DNA of 45,384 nucleotides from Candidatus Methylomirabilia bacterium (GCA_041496385.1 JBGQEL010000026.1:1-45384); one strand, 5' to 3'; positions 33,471 through 45,126 are shown, counted from the first letter of the stretch. Program-made: numbers and translations. The notes: generated from the letters alone by a model not told the origin.

Positions 33471-35171
33471 ATGAGCACACCGTCCGGAGCCACGGGCTCC
33501 CTTGTCGGGCCGCCCGCCGCGGCGCCGGCCGCGCGGCCCGCGCTGCGGCATCTCGACCTCGTCGTCACGGCCACGGCGGGCGCGGTCCTGCTCCTGCTGC
33601 TCGTCTTCGTCGTCTGGCCCGTTCTGCGCGTGCTCGCGGCGAGTCTCGCGGGGCCGTCCGGCCTCACGCTGGGCCACTACGCCGAGTTCTTCAGCTCCTG
33701 GCGGCTGCTGCGGATCCTCCTGAACAGCCTCGCGGTTTCGGCGGCGTCGACCGCCATCACCGTGACCGCGGCCCTGGTGCTCGCGTACGCGGTCACGCGC
33801 ACGGACATCCCGGGCAAGCGCTTCGTCTCCCTCATGAGCCTGCTGCCCCTGATCTCGCCGCCGTTCCTCGTCTCGCTGGCCTTCATCCTCCTCTTCGGTC
33901 GGAACGGCGTGGTCACGCGCGGGCTCGGTCTCGACTGGTCGATCTACGGCTTCACGGGCATCGTGGTGTCGCAGGTGTTCACGTTCCTGCCCCAGGCGTA
34001 CATCCTCCTGGCGAACGTGCTGGGCAACATCGACGCCTCGCTCGAGGAGGCCGCGGAGAATCTCGGGGCCGGACCGCTGACGACGCTTCGCCGCGTCACG
34101 CTGTCGCTCGCGCGGCCGGGGCTCGCCTCCGCCGCCCTGATCGTCTTCATCCTCTGCATGACCGACTTCGGCAACCCGATCCTCATCGGCGGGCGCTACA
34201 ACGTCCTGGCCACGGAGATCTACGCGCAGGTGATCGGCATGAGCAACTTCGCCGCCGGCGCGACGATGTCGGTGGTGCTGATCGTGCCGTGCCTCGTGGC
34301 CTACCTCGTGAACGCCTACTGGGTCGGGACGAAGTCGTACGTGACGGTCTCCGCCGGCGCGCGGACGGCCATCCGGCCGACGCCGCCCGCCGTCCGGTGG
34401 CCGCTCCTGGCGCTCGCGGGTGGCGCGGCGCTCTTCATCTTCGTGATCTACGCGCTGATCCCGATCGGCTCGTTCGTGCGCCTCTGGGGTAGCGATTGGT
34501 CGCTCTCGCTGCGGCACTACGCGTTCGTCTCGAGCGCCGAGGGCGCGTGGCCGATCTGGAACAGCGTGAAGCTCGCGGCCGTCGCGGGCGTCGTGGGAAC
34601 GGCGGTGGCGCTCGTCGCCGCGTACGTCATCGAGCGCAAGCGCCCGCCCGCGCGGCGCGCGCTCGAGGCGCTCGTGCTTCTGCCCGCGGCGCTGCCGGGC
34701 ACCGTCGTCGGCCTCGGGTATATCCTGGCGTTCAACGTGCCGCCCGTGTACCTCACGGGAACGATCTGGATCCTCGTGGCGAGCGTGGTGTTCTGGAAGC
34801 TTCCGGTGGCCGCGCTCGCCGGCATCAACGCGCTGAAGCAGATCGACCCCGGGATCGAGGAGGCGGCGGTGAGCCTCGGCGCCAGCAGCCTCACGACGTT
34901 CCGGCGCGTGGTGCTGCCGTTGCTCACGGGGACCGCGTTCTCCATCTTCGTCTACTTCTTCATCAACGGGATGGTCACCGTCAGCGCGGTGATCTTCCTC
35001 ATCTATCCCGGGTTCAACCTGGGATCGGTCGCGATCTTGAACCAGGTCGAGAACGGGTATCCCGGCGCGGCGTGCGCCCTGGGGACCATCATCCTGGGAC
35101 TGGTCATCGGCTCGGTGTTGCTCCTCCGCGCGCTGGTCGGGGGAGACCGGGTCGCCGTCCTGAAGCTCTAG
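33471..35171 (+). CDS. ABC transporter permease (FbpB/AepV-like, fused double permease)
   Basis: EEAAENLGA, DFGNP, EEAAVSLGA. Confidence 0.88.
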   Translation: MSTPSGATGSLVGPPAAAPAARPALRHLDLVVTATAGAVLLLLLVFVVWPVLRVLAASLAGPSGLTLGHYAEFFSSWRLLRILLNSLAVSAASTAITVTAALVLAYAVTRTDIPGKRFVSLMSLLPLISPPFLVSLAFILLFGRNGVVTRGLGLDWSIYGFTGIVVSQVFTFLPQAYILLANVLGNIDASLEEAAENLGAGPLTTLRRVTLSLARPGLASAALIVFILCMTDFGNPILIGGRYNVLATEIYAQVIGMSNFAAGATMSVVLIVPCLVAYLVNAYWVGTKSYVTVSAGARTAIRPTPPAVRWPLLALAGGAALFIFVIYALIPIGSFVRLWGSDWSLSLRHYAFVSSAEGAWPIWNSVKLAAVAGVVGTAVALVAAYVIERKRPPARRALEALVLLPAALPGTVVGLGYILAFNVPPVYLTGTIWILVASVVFWKLPVAALAGINALKQIDPGIEEAAVSLGASSLTTFRRVVLPLLTGTAFSIFVYFFINGMVTVSAVIFLIYPGFNLGSVAILNQVENGYPGAACALGTIILGLVIGSVLLLRALVGGDRVAVLKL

Positions 35172-35188
35172 CGAAAGGAGACACGTCC

Positions 35189-36199
35189 ATGCGCCGTCTG
35201 CTTCCCCTGCTGCTGGCCCTCACCCTGCTGCTCCCTCTCGGTCCGTCGGTCGCGCCGGCCTCCGAGGACAAGCTCGTCATCTACACGGCCTTCGAGGAGA
35301 ACGAGCTCAAGACGTTCTGGGAGCAGTTCAAGAAGGATCTGCCCGATCTCGCCGCCAAGGCCCAGTACATCCGCGCATCCACGGGCCCGATCATGGCGCG
35401 CGTCGAGGCCGAGAAGGCGAACCCCCAGGCCGACGTGATCTGGGGCGTCTTCAACGACTACATGACCGGCGCCGCGATCAAGGGCCTCCTCGAGCCCTAC
35501 GCCGCCAAGGAGTCGGACCGGATCCCCGCGCGCTTCAAGCACCCGGAGAACGCCTGGCAGGGCGTGACGCTCCTCGCGGTCGGCTTCGCCATGAACAAGA
35601 AGAAGATGGAGGAGCTGAAGCTCCAGCCTCCGCGCTCCTGGTCGGACCTCCTCGACCCGAAGTACAAGGGCCACATCGTCATGTCCAACCCGTCGACCTC
35701 GGGGACGGCGTACCTGCTGCTCGCGAGCCACGCGGCGCGCCTGGGCGAGGACAAGCTCTGGGCGTACTACGACGCGCTCGACAAGAATCTCTCGCAGATC
35801 ACTAAGTCGGGCGGCGCCCCGGGCCGGATGGCGGCGTCGGGCGAGACGCCGATCGGCGTCGCGCTCGGATACGAAGTCGAGGTGGCCAAGAAGCAGGGCG
35901 CGGCCATCGACGTGATCTACCCCTCCGACGGCGTCGCGTGGACCTTCGAGGGCAACGCGCTTGTCAAGGGGGCGAAGAACCCCGTGAACGCCAAGCGCTT
36001 CCTCGACTGGGCGGTGTCCAAGTCGGCGATGGCCGCCTACGGCGAGTGGCGGGGCGGCGGCGTCGCGCGGCCGGACGCCGGCGTGGCCGGCCAGAAGATC
36101 ACCGAGATGAACCTGATCAACGTCGATTTCGTCAAGGCCGGCGACCCGCAGTACAAGGACCGGCTCGTCAAGCGCTGGCTCGAGAAGTACTCGAGATAG
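35189..36199 (+). CDS. ABC substrate-binding protein, AepX/PhnS2-like
   Basis: YTAFE, RASTGPIMARVEAEKANPQADVIWG, NPSTSGT; AAAGGAG Shine-Dalgarno. Confidence 0.8.
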   Translation: MRRLLPLLLALTLLLPLGPSVAPASEDKLVIYTAFEENELKTFWEQFKKDLPDLAAKAQYIRASTGPIMARVEAEKANPQADVIWGVFNDYMTGAAIKGLLEPYAAKESDRIPARFKHPENAWQGVTLLAVGFAMNKKKMEELKLQPPRSWSDLLDPKYKGHIVMSNPSTSGTAYLLLASHAARLGEDKLWAYYDALDKNLSQITKSGGAPGRMAASGETPIGVALGYEVEVAKKQGAAIDVIYPSDGVAWTFEGNALVKGAKNPVNAKRFLDWAVSKSAMAAYGEWRGGGVARPDAGVAGQKITEMNLINVDFVKAGDPQYKDRLVKRWLEKYSR

Positions 36200-36200
36200 C

Positions 36201-37269
<1,069 letters not shown>

Positions 37270-37274
<5 letters not shown>

Positions 37275-39711
37275 CGCCGCGCGCGTCGTCATCGTCGGCG
37301 GCGGCATCGCCGGCTGTTCGATCGCCTACCACCTGGCCGAGAGCGGCTGGCGCGACGTCGTCGTGCTCGAGCGCGGCGAGCTGACGGGCGGCTCGACCTT
37401 CCACGCCGCGGGTCTCGTCGGCCAGCTCCGCTCCTCGGTCGCGCTCACGCGGATCAACATGGCGAGCGTCGAGCTCTACGCGCGTCTGGCGCAGGCGGCG
37501 CGGCAAGAGCAGGGCCGTGATCCGGGCTGGAGGCCGGTCGGGAGCCTCCGGCTCGCGTCCTCGCGCGAGCGGCTCCTCGAGCTCCGGCGGCAGGCGGGCT
37601 GGGCGCGGACCTTCGGCCTCGACATGACGCTGATCACCGCGCGCGAGGCGTGCGACCTCTTCCCGCTGATCGATCCGGCCGGCGTCGAGGGCGCGCTCTA
37701 CCTGCCCACCGACGGCCACGTCGATCCCGCGGGCCTGACCGGCGCGCTCGCCGACGCGGCGCGGCGGCAGGGCGTCCGGTTCCAGACGGGCGTCACCGTG
37801 ACGGGGTTCACCCTCGCGCGGGGCCGCGTCGCCGCGGTCGTCACCGATCACGGCACGATCGCCGCCGAGGTCGTCGTCAACGCCGCCGGGATCTGGGCGC
37901 GCGAGGTCGGCCGGCTCGCCGGGGTGAACGTCCCCGTCGTCCCGATGGCCCACCAGTACCTCGTCACGCGGCCGATCGAGGGCGTGCGGCGCGAGTGCCC
38001 CACGATGCGCGATCCCGATCGGCTCGTCTACTTCCGCGAGGAGGTCGGCGGGCTCGTCGTCGGTGGCTTCGAGCGCCGCTGCCGGCCCTGGGGGCTCGAC
38101 GGCATCCCGGGGGGCTTCACCCATTCACTGCTGCCGCCCGACTGGGAGCGCTTCGGCGAGCTGATGGAGGGCGCCGTCGCGCGGGTGCCGGCGGTCGGCA
38201 AGGCCGAGGTGATCCGCATGATCAACGGGCCCGAGGCCTACACGCCGGACGGCGAGTTCATCCTCGGCGAGGCGCCGGCGCCGCGCGGGTTCTTCGTGGC
38301 CGCCGGCTTCTGCGCCCACGGGATCGCGGGCGGCGGCGGCGTGGGCCGCGTGATGGCGCAATGGATCATGGATGGACGCGCGCCGATCGACCTCTGGCGG
38401 ATGGACCTCCGCCGCTTCGGTGCCCAGTACGCCGACCTCGACCTGGCCGTGGCCCAGTCGACCGAGGTCTACGCCACGTACTACGACATCCACTATCCCG
38501 GCGAGGAGCGGCGCGCCGGCCGCGGGCTCAAGCGCTCGCCGGCCTACGCGCGTCTCCAGGCGCTCGGCGCCGCGTTCGGCGAGAAGGCGGGCTGGGAGCG
38601 CCCGAACTGGCTCGAGGCGAACCGCGACGCGGCACCCGGGCGCTACGCGGCGCGCGGCTGGCTCGGGCGCCACTGGTCGTCGGCGATCGAGGCCGAGCAC
38701 GCGGCGGCGCGCGAGCGCGCCGCGCTCTTCGACGAGACCTCGTTCAGCAAGCTCGAGGTCTCGGGCCCGGACGCGCTCGCAACGCTGCAGCGCCTCACCG
38801 ACAACCAGATGGACAGGCCGCCCGGGTCGGTGACCTACACGCAGATGCTCAACGCGCAGGGCGGCATCGAGTGCGACCTGACCGTCACGCGCCTCGATCC
38901 CCAGCGGTTCCTGCTGGTGACCGGTTCGGCGTTCGGCCCGCACGATCGCGCGTGGCTCGAGGCGCACGCGGACACCGGAAGCGGCATGGCCGTCGAGGAC
39001 GTGACCGACCGCTACGCGTGTCTGGGGCTCTGGGGACCGCGCGCGCGGGACATCCTCCGGCGCGCGACGCGCGACGAGGTGTCGGACACGGCGTTCCCGT
39101 ACATGACGGCACGCCGCCTCTCGGTCGCCGGCGTTGAGGTCCTCGCGCTGCGCGTGACCTACGTGGGGGAGCTCGGCTGGGAGTTCTACGCGCCGACGGC
39201 CGGAGGCAAGGCGCTCTGGGACGCGCTCTGGAGCGCGGGCGAGCCGCTCGGGCTCCGCGCCGCGGGCTACCGCGCGATCGACTCGCTCAGGCTCGAGAAG
39301 GGCTATCGGTACTGGAGCGCGGACCTGACGCCCGAGGACACGCCGTGGGAGGCGGGGCTCGGCTTCTGCGTCAAGCTCGACAAGGGCGAGTTCATGGGCC
39401 GGGGGGCCCTGCTCGCGCAGAAGGCGCGGGGCGTGACGCGCCGCCTCGTCTGCCTGACGCTCGCCGATCCCCACGCGATCGCGTTCGGCGGCGAGCCGAT
39501 CATGCGTCAGGGCGAGGCGCTGGGCCGCGTGACGAGCGGCGGCTACGGGTACACGGTCGGTCGGTCCATCGCGTACGGCTACGTTCCGGCCGCGCACGCG
39601 GCGCCCGGCACCCCGCTCCTCGTCGAGGTGTTCGGCGAGCCGGTGGCCGCGACCGTGGCGCGCGAGCCGCTGTACGACGCCGCGGGCGAGAAGATCAGGG
39701 GAGGGAGCTGA
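37270..39711 (+). CDS. FAD-dependent oxidoreductase + GcvT (THF-binding) fusion, dimethylglycine/sarcosine dehydrogenase-like; probable ATT start
   Basis: VVIVGGGIAGCSIAYHL Rossmann motif lies upstream of the GTG at 37363; GSTFHAAG, GWERP, YVGELGWE, SLRLEKGY. Confidence 0.88.
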
Positions 39712-39712
39712 G

Positions 39713-40831
39713 ATGAGAATCGAGACCATCGCGGTGCACGCGGGCGCCCGCGTCGATCCCGGGACCGGCGCGGTGACGCCGGCCATCCACCCGAGCACCA
39801 CGTTCGAGCGCGACCCCGACGGCGCGTATTCCCGTGGCTTCCTCTACGCGCGCAACAGCAACCCCAACCGCGACGCGCTCGAGGCGTGCCTGACGGCGCT
39901 CGAGGGCGGCGCCGCCTGCGCCGCGTTCGCGTCGGCCTCGGCGGCGACGTCGGCGATCTTCCAGGCGCTCGACCCCGGCGACCACGTCGTCGCGCCCGTG
40001 GACGCCTACCACGGCACCGCGCGGCTCCTGCGCGAGACGTTCACCCGCTGGGGGCTCGAGACGACGTTCGTCGACATGACCGATCTCGCGGCCGTGCAGA
40101 AGGTTGTGCGGGCCGGCACCAGGCTCGTCTGGCTGGAGACGCCGTCGAACCCGCTCTGGAAGGTCACCGACATCGCGCGCGCCGGGGAGATCGCGCGCGC
40201 GGCCGGCGCGCGACTCGTGTGCGACAACACGACCGCGACGCCCGTTCTCCAGTCGCCGTTCCGCCTGGGCGCCGACCTGATCCTGCACGCCACGACCAAG
40301 TACCTGGGCGGGCACAGCGACGTGCTGGGCGGCGCCGTGGTGACGAAGGCGCACGACGCGTTCTTCGACAGGGTCCGCGCCATCCAGGTCTCGGGCGGCG
40401 CGGTGCCGTCACCCTTCGATTGCTGGCTCGTGCTCCGGGGCATCCGGACGCTGCCGTATCGCGTGCGCGCCCATTCCGAGAACGCGCTCCGGGTGGCGAC
40501 TTTCCTGGAACGCCATCCACGGGTCGAGACGGTTCACTACCCCGGCCTGGCGGCCCATCCGGCCCACGACGTCGCGCGCCGCCAGATGTCGGCGTTCGGC
40601 GGCATGGTCTCGGTCCAGGTGAAGGGCGGCCGGGAGCGGGCGATGGCCGTCGCGGCGAGGCTCGCCGTGTTCACGCGCGCGACGAGCTTCGGCGGGACGG
40701 AGAGCCTGGTCGAACACCGGGCCTCGATCGAGGGGCCGGGGACGCGCACGCCGGACAACCTGCTGCGTCTGAGCATCGGACTCGAGCACGCCGACGACCT
40801 GATCGAGGACTTCGACCGGGCGCTCGCCTGA
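39713..40831 (+). CDS. Cys/Met metabolism PLP enzyme (cystathionine gamma-synthase/lyase family)
   Basis: YARNSNPNR, ETPSNP, DNT, HATTKYLGGHSD, SFGGTESL. Confidence 0.92.
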   Translation: MRIETIAVHAGARVDPGTGAVTPAIHPSTTFERDPDGAYSRGFLYARNSNPNRDALEACLTALEGGAACAAFASASAATSAIFQALDPGDHVVAPVDAYHGTARLLRETFTRWGLETTFVDMTDLAAVQKVVRAGTRLVWLETPSNPLWKVTDIARAGEIARAAGARLVCDNTTATPVLQSPFRLGADLILHATTKYLGGHSDVLGGAVVTKAHDAFFDRVRAIQVSGGAVPSPFDCWLVLRGIRTLPYRVRAHSENALRVATFLERHPRVETVHYPGLAAHPAHDVARRQMSAFGGMVSVQVKGGRERAMAVAARLAVFTRATSFGGTESLVEHRASIEGPGTRTPDNLLRLSIGLEHADDLIEDFDRALA

Positions 40832-40847
40832 GGGAGAGGACACGCGC

Positions 40848-41585
40848 ATGACGCTCCAGGGGAAGACCGCGCTCGTCACCGGCGCCGCCCGCGGCATCGG
40901 GCTCGCCATCGCGCGACGCTTCGTGCGGGACGGCGCCCGCGTCGCCCTCGTGGATCTGGACGCGACCGCCGTGGCCGCGGCCGCGGCGCCGTTCGGCGAG
41001 GCGGGGCTCGCGCTTGCGGCCGACGTGACCCAGGCCGCCGAGGTCGAGCGCGCCGTGCAGGCGGTCCGGCAGCGGTGGGGCCGGCTCGACATTGCCGTGA
41101 ACAACGCCGGGATCACGGGCGGGTCGAAGCTCACCTGGGAGGTCACCGACGAGGAGTGGCACCGCGTGATCGCGGTGGACCTCACCGCCGTCTTCTTCGT
41201 CTCACGGGCGGCCGTGCGCGTGATGCTCGAGCAGGGGAGCGGCCGGATCGTCAACATCGCCTCGATCGCGGGCAAGGAGGGGAACCCGACGCTGGTGCCG
41301 TACTCGACCGCGAAGGCGGGCGTCATCGGCCTCACCAAGGCGCTCGCGAAGGAGGTGGCGACGAAGGGGATCCTCGTGAACGCCGTCGCGCCCGCCGTGA
41401 TCGGCACGGACATGGTGCGCCAGATGTCGAAGGAGACCGTGGATATGCTGGTCGCGAAGATTCCGATGGGACGGATCGGGCGGCCCGAGGAGGTCGCGGC
41501 GCTGGTCGCCTGGCTCGCCTCGGACGAGTGCTCCTTTTCGACCGGCGCGGTCTACGACCTCTCGGGCGGCCGCGCGACCTACTGA
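40848..41585 (+). CDS. Short-chain dehydrogenase/reductase
   Basis: TGAARGIG, NNAGITG, GKEGNP..YSTAK, FSTGAVYDLSGGRATY. Confidence 0.9.
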   Translation: MTLQGKTALVTGAARGIGLAIARRFVRDGARVALVDLDATAVAAAAAPFGEAGLALAADVTQAAEVERAVQAVRQRWGRLDIAVNNAGITGGSKLTWEVTDEEWHRVIAVDLTAVFFVSRAAVRVMLEQGSGRIVNIASIAGKEGNPTLVPYSTAKAGVIGLTKALAKEVATKGILVNAVAPAVIGTDMVRQMSKETVDMLVAKIPMGRIGRPEEVAALVAWLASDECSFSTGAVYDLSGGRATY

Positions 41586-41595
41586 TCCTCGACGC

Positions 41596-42135
41596 TCAGG
41601 ACGGTCGCCGATCGAGGGCGTACTGCAGCAGCGCGATCTTCGAGAAAGACTCGGTGATCTCGCCCTCGCGTGCCATCCGGATCGCCTCCTCCAGCTCCAC
41701 GACGCGCCGCTCGATGAACTCGTCGTCGTCGGCGGGCAGCGGATCCTCGGTGAGTCCCCACGCCGTGTAGCAGTAGGCGGTCTCGTCGAGATAGGCGTTC
41801 GAGGGATGGAACCGCGTGAGGAGCTCGAAGCGCGCGGCCCGATAGCCACCTTCCTCCCTGAGCTCGCGCTGCGCCGCCGCCAGCGGCTCCTCGCCCGGAA
41901 GCGCGCCACCGCCCGGCAGCTCCCAGGACATCGCCCCGAGGAGATGGCGATACTGGCCGACGAGGAGAACGCGGCGCTCGTCGAGGAACGGCAGGATCGC
42001 GACGCCCACGCCGACGTGCAGGACCGGATAGACTACCTGCCGGCCGTCGGGAAGCCGCCAGACGTCCTCGCGCAGGGTGAGCTTGCCGCGCGTGTAGCGC
42101 GGGGAGGAGGCGAGGCGCGTCCAGCCGGGAGGCAT
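41596..42135 (-). CDS. NUDIX hydrolase (ADP-ribose pyrophosphatase-like)
   Basis: ELPGG...AAQRELREEGG Nudix box. Confidence 0.88.
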   Translation of the reverse strand: MPPGWTRLASSPRYTRGKLTLREDVWRLPDGRQVVYPVLHVGVGVAILPFLDERRVLLVGQYRHLLGAMSWELPGGGALPGEEPLAAAQRELREEGGYRAARFELLTRFHPSNAYLDETAYCYTAWGLTEDPLPADDDEFIERRVVELEEAIRMAREGEITESFSKIALLQYALDRRPS

Positions 42136-42164
42136 CGCGCCGGTATGGTATCGTATGGGACGCG

Positions 42165-42395
42165 ATGCCGCGAGAACGTCACGTGGACCTGCTCATGAGG
42201 CGCCTCCTGCAGGCCGTCGAGGCCTCGCTCCAGGCCACGGAGGCGGGGCGCGACGCGGTGCAGGAGATCCTCCGGCGCGGCGCCGACACCGGGATATTTT
42301 TCGCCGGCAAGGAGCGCCGCGGCGAGTTCTCCTCCGAGCTCACCTCGCGGGACAAGGAGTTCCTGAGGGCCGTTTCCATCAAGCCGGACCGCTGA
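42165..42395 (+). CDS. Hypothetical protein (76 aa)
   Basis: Host-like codon usage; fills the space between the divergent gap and the next gene; no recognisable motif. Confidence 0.55.
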   Translation: MPRERHVDLLMRRLLQAVEASLQATEAGRDAVQEILRRGADTGIFFAGKERRGEFSSELTSRDKEFLRAVSIKPDR

Positions 42396-42402
42396 GGCGC
42401 AC

Positions 42403-42630
42403 GTGCGTTTGGTGACGCTCCTGCTCTGGGTGGTCATCGCCGCGGTCCTCATGACGTCGCTGCTGCGCCGCCTGGCCGCGCCCGTGCGTCGCGCTCGCGC
42501 GTCGCTTCCCGACGAGCTGGTCAAGGATCCCGTCTGCCGGACGTACATCGTGAAATCACGCGCGGTGAGCCGGACGACCGGCGGCCAGGCTCGGTATTTC
42601 TGCAGCGACGAGTGCGCGCGCCGCGCCTGA
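42403..42630 (+). CDS. Membrane-anchored YHS/TRASH-domain small protein
   Basis: TM helix then DPVCRTYI...YFCSDEC. Confidence 0.8.
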   Translation: MRLVTLLLWVVIAAVLMTSLLRRLAAPVRRARASLPDELVKDPVCRTYIVKSRAVSRTTGGQARYFCSDECARRA

Positions 42631-42636
42631 GCCTTC

Positions 42637-43461
42637 TTGGGCGGCGAGGCGCTCTACCCCGATCCCTGGCGTAACCTCGACGCCCAGCCCAACGTCGCGA
42701 CGCTCGGCCGCACGCTCGAGCTGCGCGGGCGCACCGCGAGCCAGGCGCGCCTGCGGCGGCGCTTCCTCCGCTTCGTTCCGGTCCGCGCCGGCGATCGCGT
42801 CCTCGAGGTCGGCTGCGGGACCGGGGTGGTCGTGCGAGACCTCGCGGCGATGGTCGGTCGGCGGGGGCAGGTCGTCGGCGTGGACACGAGCGCCGCGATC
42901 CTCCGGATGGCGAGGCGGCTCTGCCGCGGAGCGAAGGGCGGGAGGATCATCCTGCGCCGGGGAGACGGCGCGCGCCTGCCCCTCGGCGCCGGGCGCTTCG
43001 ACGCGGCGCTCGCCATCACGGTCATCCTTCACGTGGCCGAGCCGCAGCGGGTCGTGGCGCAGATGGCGCGCGCCGTGACACGGGGCGGGCGGGTCGGACT
43101 TCAAGATCAGGACTTCGGCGTCGTCGCCGTGGCGCATCCCGACCGGTCGCTGACGGACCGGATCATGAGCGGAGTCGCCGCGAGCATCTACGCCGAGCCC
43201 CACAGCGGCCGGCGGCTCCCCGGGCTCCTGCTCGACGCCGGGCTCGAGCGGGTGCGGCTCCTCACCGACGTCTACCAGGACACCGCCCTCGAGCCCTTCA
43301 CGAAGACCTTCCTCGAGCGGCGCGCGGAGAACGCCGTGCGCTTCGGCATCGTGGACGCGCCGACCGCCCAGCGCTGGCTCGATGGCTTCACGGCGCTCGT
43401 CGCGCGGGGCGCGTTCGTGCTGACGATGAACTACTACGGCGCCGTCGGCGTGAAGCCGTGA
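42637..43461 (+). CDS. Class I SAM-dependent methyltransferase
   Basis: VLEVGCGTG, VVGVD, DGARLP...FD. Confidence 0.85.
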   Translation: MGGEALYPDPWRNLDAQPNVATLGRTLELRGRTASQARLRRRFLRFVPVRAGDRVLEVGCGTGVVVRDLAAMVGRRGQVVGVDTSAAILRMARRLCRGAKGGRIILRRGDGARLPLGAGRFDAALAITVILHVAEPQRVVAQMARAVTRGGRVGLQDQDFGVVAVAHPDRSLTDRIMSGVAASIYAEPHSGRRLPGLLLDAGLERVRLLTDVYQDTALEPFTKTFLERRAENAVRFGIVDAPTAQRWLDGFTALVARGAFVLTMNYYGAVGVKP

Positions 43462-44345
43462 GGCTCCTCGCGGCCGGACTCGCGCTCCTCGTCACGGCGG
43501 CGGCGGCGGCCGACGCGTCCTTCGACGGCGCGGCGGCCCTCCGCCACGTCGAGCGCCTCGTCGCGATCGGGCCGCGCCCGGCGGGCTCCGCGGCCGCGGT
43601 GAAGGCGCGCGCGTACATCGTGGGCGAGCTCCGCGCGGGGGGCGTCCAGACGCGCGTCGAGCCGTTCGAGGCCGACACGCCGCACGGCCGTCTCAAGATG
43701 GCCAACATCGTCGCCGTGCTCGCGGGTCGGCGCCCCGACGTGATCATGCTCGCCGGTCACTACGACACCAAGTGGTTCCGCGACATCCGCTTCGTCGGCG
43801 CCAACGACGGCGGCTCGAGCGCCGCGCTGCTGCTCGAGCTGGCCCGACGGCTCGCCGCGCGGCCGCGCGAGTACACCTACTGGGTCGTCTGGTTCGACGG
43901 CGAGGAGGCGCGTGAGACGTGGACCTCCACCGACAGCCTCTACGGCTCCCGGTGGATGGCGCGGGAGCTGGCGCGTACCGGGCGGCTGCCACGCGCGCTC
44001 ATCGTCGCCGACATGATCGGCGATAAGGACCTCGGCATCCGCCGCGAGGCCTCCTCCACCGCGTGGCTCACCGACCTCATCTGGGCCGCGGCCGCCCGTC
44101 GGGGCGACGCCGTCCACTTCCTGCCGGAGGCGATGGCCGTCGAGGACGATCACGCGCCGTTCCTGCGCGCGGGCGTCCCGTCTGCGCTCCTGATCGACTT
44201 CGACTACCCTCCCTGGCACACCGCGGAGGACACGCTCGACAAGGTCTCGGCGCGAAGCCTCGCGATCGTCGGAAACGTCCTGCTCGAGGCGCTGCCCGCG
44301 GTCGAGGAGCGGCTCGGGCGCTCGTTGGGAGGAACCCGCCCCTGA
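43458..44345 (+). CDS. Exported M28-family peptidase / glutaminyl-cyclase-like
   Basis: GHYDTK, GANDGGS, FDGEE, DMIG, EDDHAPF, WHTAED. Confidence 0.85.
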   Translation: MRLLAAGLALLVTAAAAADASFDGAAALRHVERLVAIGPRPAGSAAAVKARAYIVGELRAGGVQTRVEPFEADTPHGRLKMANIVAVLAGRRPDVIMLAGHYDTKWFRDIRFVGANDGGSSAALLLELARRLAARPREYTYWVVWFDGEEARETWTSTDSLYGSRWMARELARTGRLPRALIVADMIGDKDLGIRREASSTAWLTDLIWAAAARRGDAVHFLPEAMAVEDDHAPFLRAGVPSALLIDFDYPPWHTAEDTLDKVSARSLAIVGNVLLEALPAVEERLGRSLGGTRP

Positions 44346-44392
44346 AGCGGCGGGTCGGCGAGGCGCTCTGGTGACGGCGGTATAATCGCGTC

Positions 44393-44953
44393 ATGCCGCG
44401 CGTACGCGAGATCGAGGAGCCCGGCGACGATCCGACCCTGAGGGAGATCTTCGGCAAGGAGAAGGACGTCTTCGGCTTCGTCCTGAACCCGACGAAGATC
44501 CAGGCGCACACGCCCGGCATCATGAAGGCCGCGAAGCAGCTCTCCGTCGCGGTCGAGCGCTCGGGCCTCCTGCAGCCCCAGCTCCTGGCGCTCGTCTACC
44601 TCCGCGTCGCGCTCATCAACGGCTGCCCGTTCTGAATCGATATCAACGCATCCCGTGGGATGCAAGCGGGCGCCTCGCAGGAGAAGGTGGCGGGGGTCAC
44701 CCAGGCCGCCACGAGTGACCTGTTCGGCGAGGCCGAGCGCGTCGCCCTCGAGTACGCGGAGACGATGACGGTCACGGGCCGTCGCGTGAGCGACGAGCTC
44801 TTCGGCCGCCTCCGTGCCCACTTCTCCGAGCCCCAGGTCGTGGAGCTCACCGCCGCGATCGCGCTCGAGAACTTCAGGAGCAAGTTCAACGTCGCGCTCG
44901 GCATCGAAGCCCAGGGCTTCTGCGTGCTCTCGCGGGGGGACCACCGCGCGTAA
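44393..44953 (+). CDS. AhpD/carboxymuconolactone-decarboxylase family protein with in-frame TGA (C-P-F-U), probable selenoprotein, 186 aa
   Basis: ORFs 44393-44635 and 44660-44953 share one frame; LRVALINGCPF*IDINAS...ERVALEYAE...VELTAAIALENFRSKFN forms one continuous CMD-type sequence. Confidence 0.85.
44648..44663 (+). promoter_or_regulatory. Candidate bacterial SECIS hairpin
   Basis: GCATCC-CGTG-GGATGC; loop begins 18 nt after the UGA and has G at position 2 followed by U. Confidence 0.65.
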
Positions 44954-45110
44954 TCCTCGAGCCGGGCCTGCGCCGGCGCCCGCCGGCGGCGAGGTCCTGG
45001 CCAGATGACCAGGAATTGGCCTGCGCCCGTACCTCGGCATGTCCCACGCTCGGTGGCGAGAATTCCGGCAACGCGGGTACTTCCGAAGCGGCTCAGCTTC
45101 GATCTGCCGG

Positions 45111-45126
45111 TGGCGCAGTCCTTGCT
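45111..45126 (+). promoter_or_regulatory. Putative sigma54 (-24/-12) promoter
   Basis: TGGCGC-AGTCC-TTGCT with correct GG-to-GC spacing, about 60 nt upstream of the ATG at 45185. Confidence 0.65.

Noticed and set aside
44393..44953. Pseudogene or two-gene reading of the CMD locus
   Set aside because: The single TGA falls exactly on the catalytic Cys position, is followed by a SECIS-like hairpin, and there is no other sign of decay.
44965..44998. GC-rich hairpin after the CMD gene as an intrinsic terminator
   Set aside because: No U-tract, and such GC stems arise easily by chance here.
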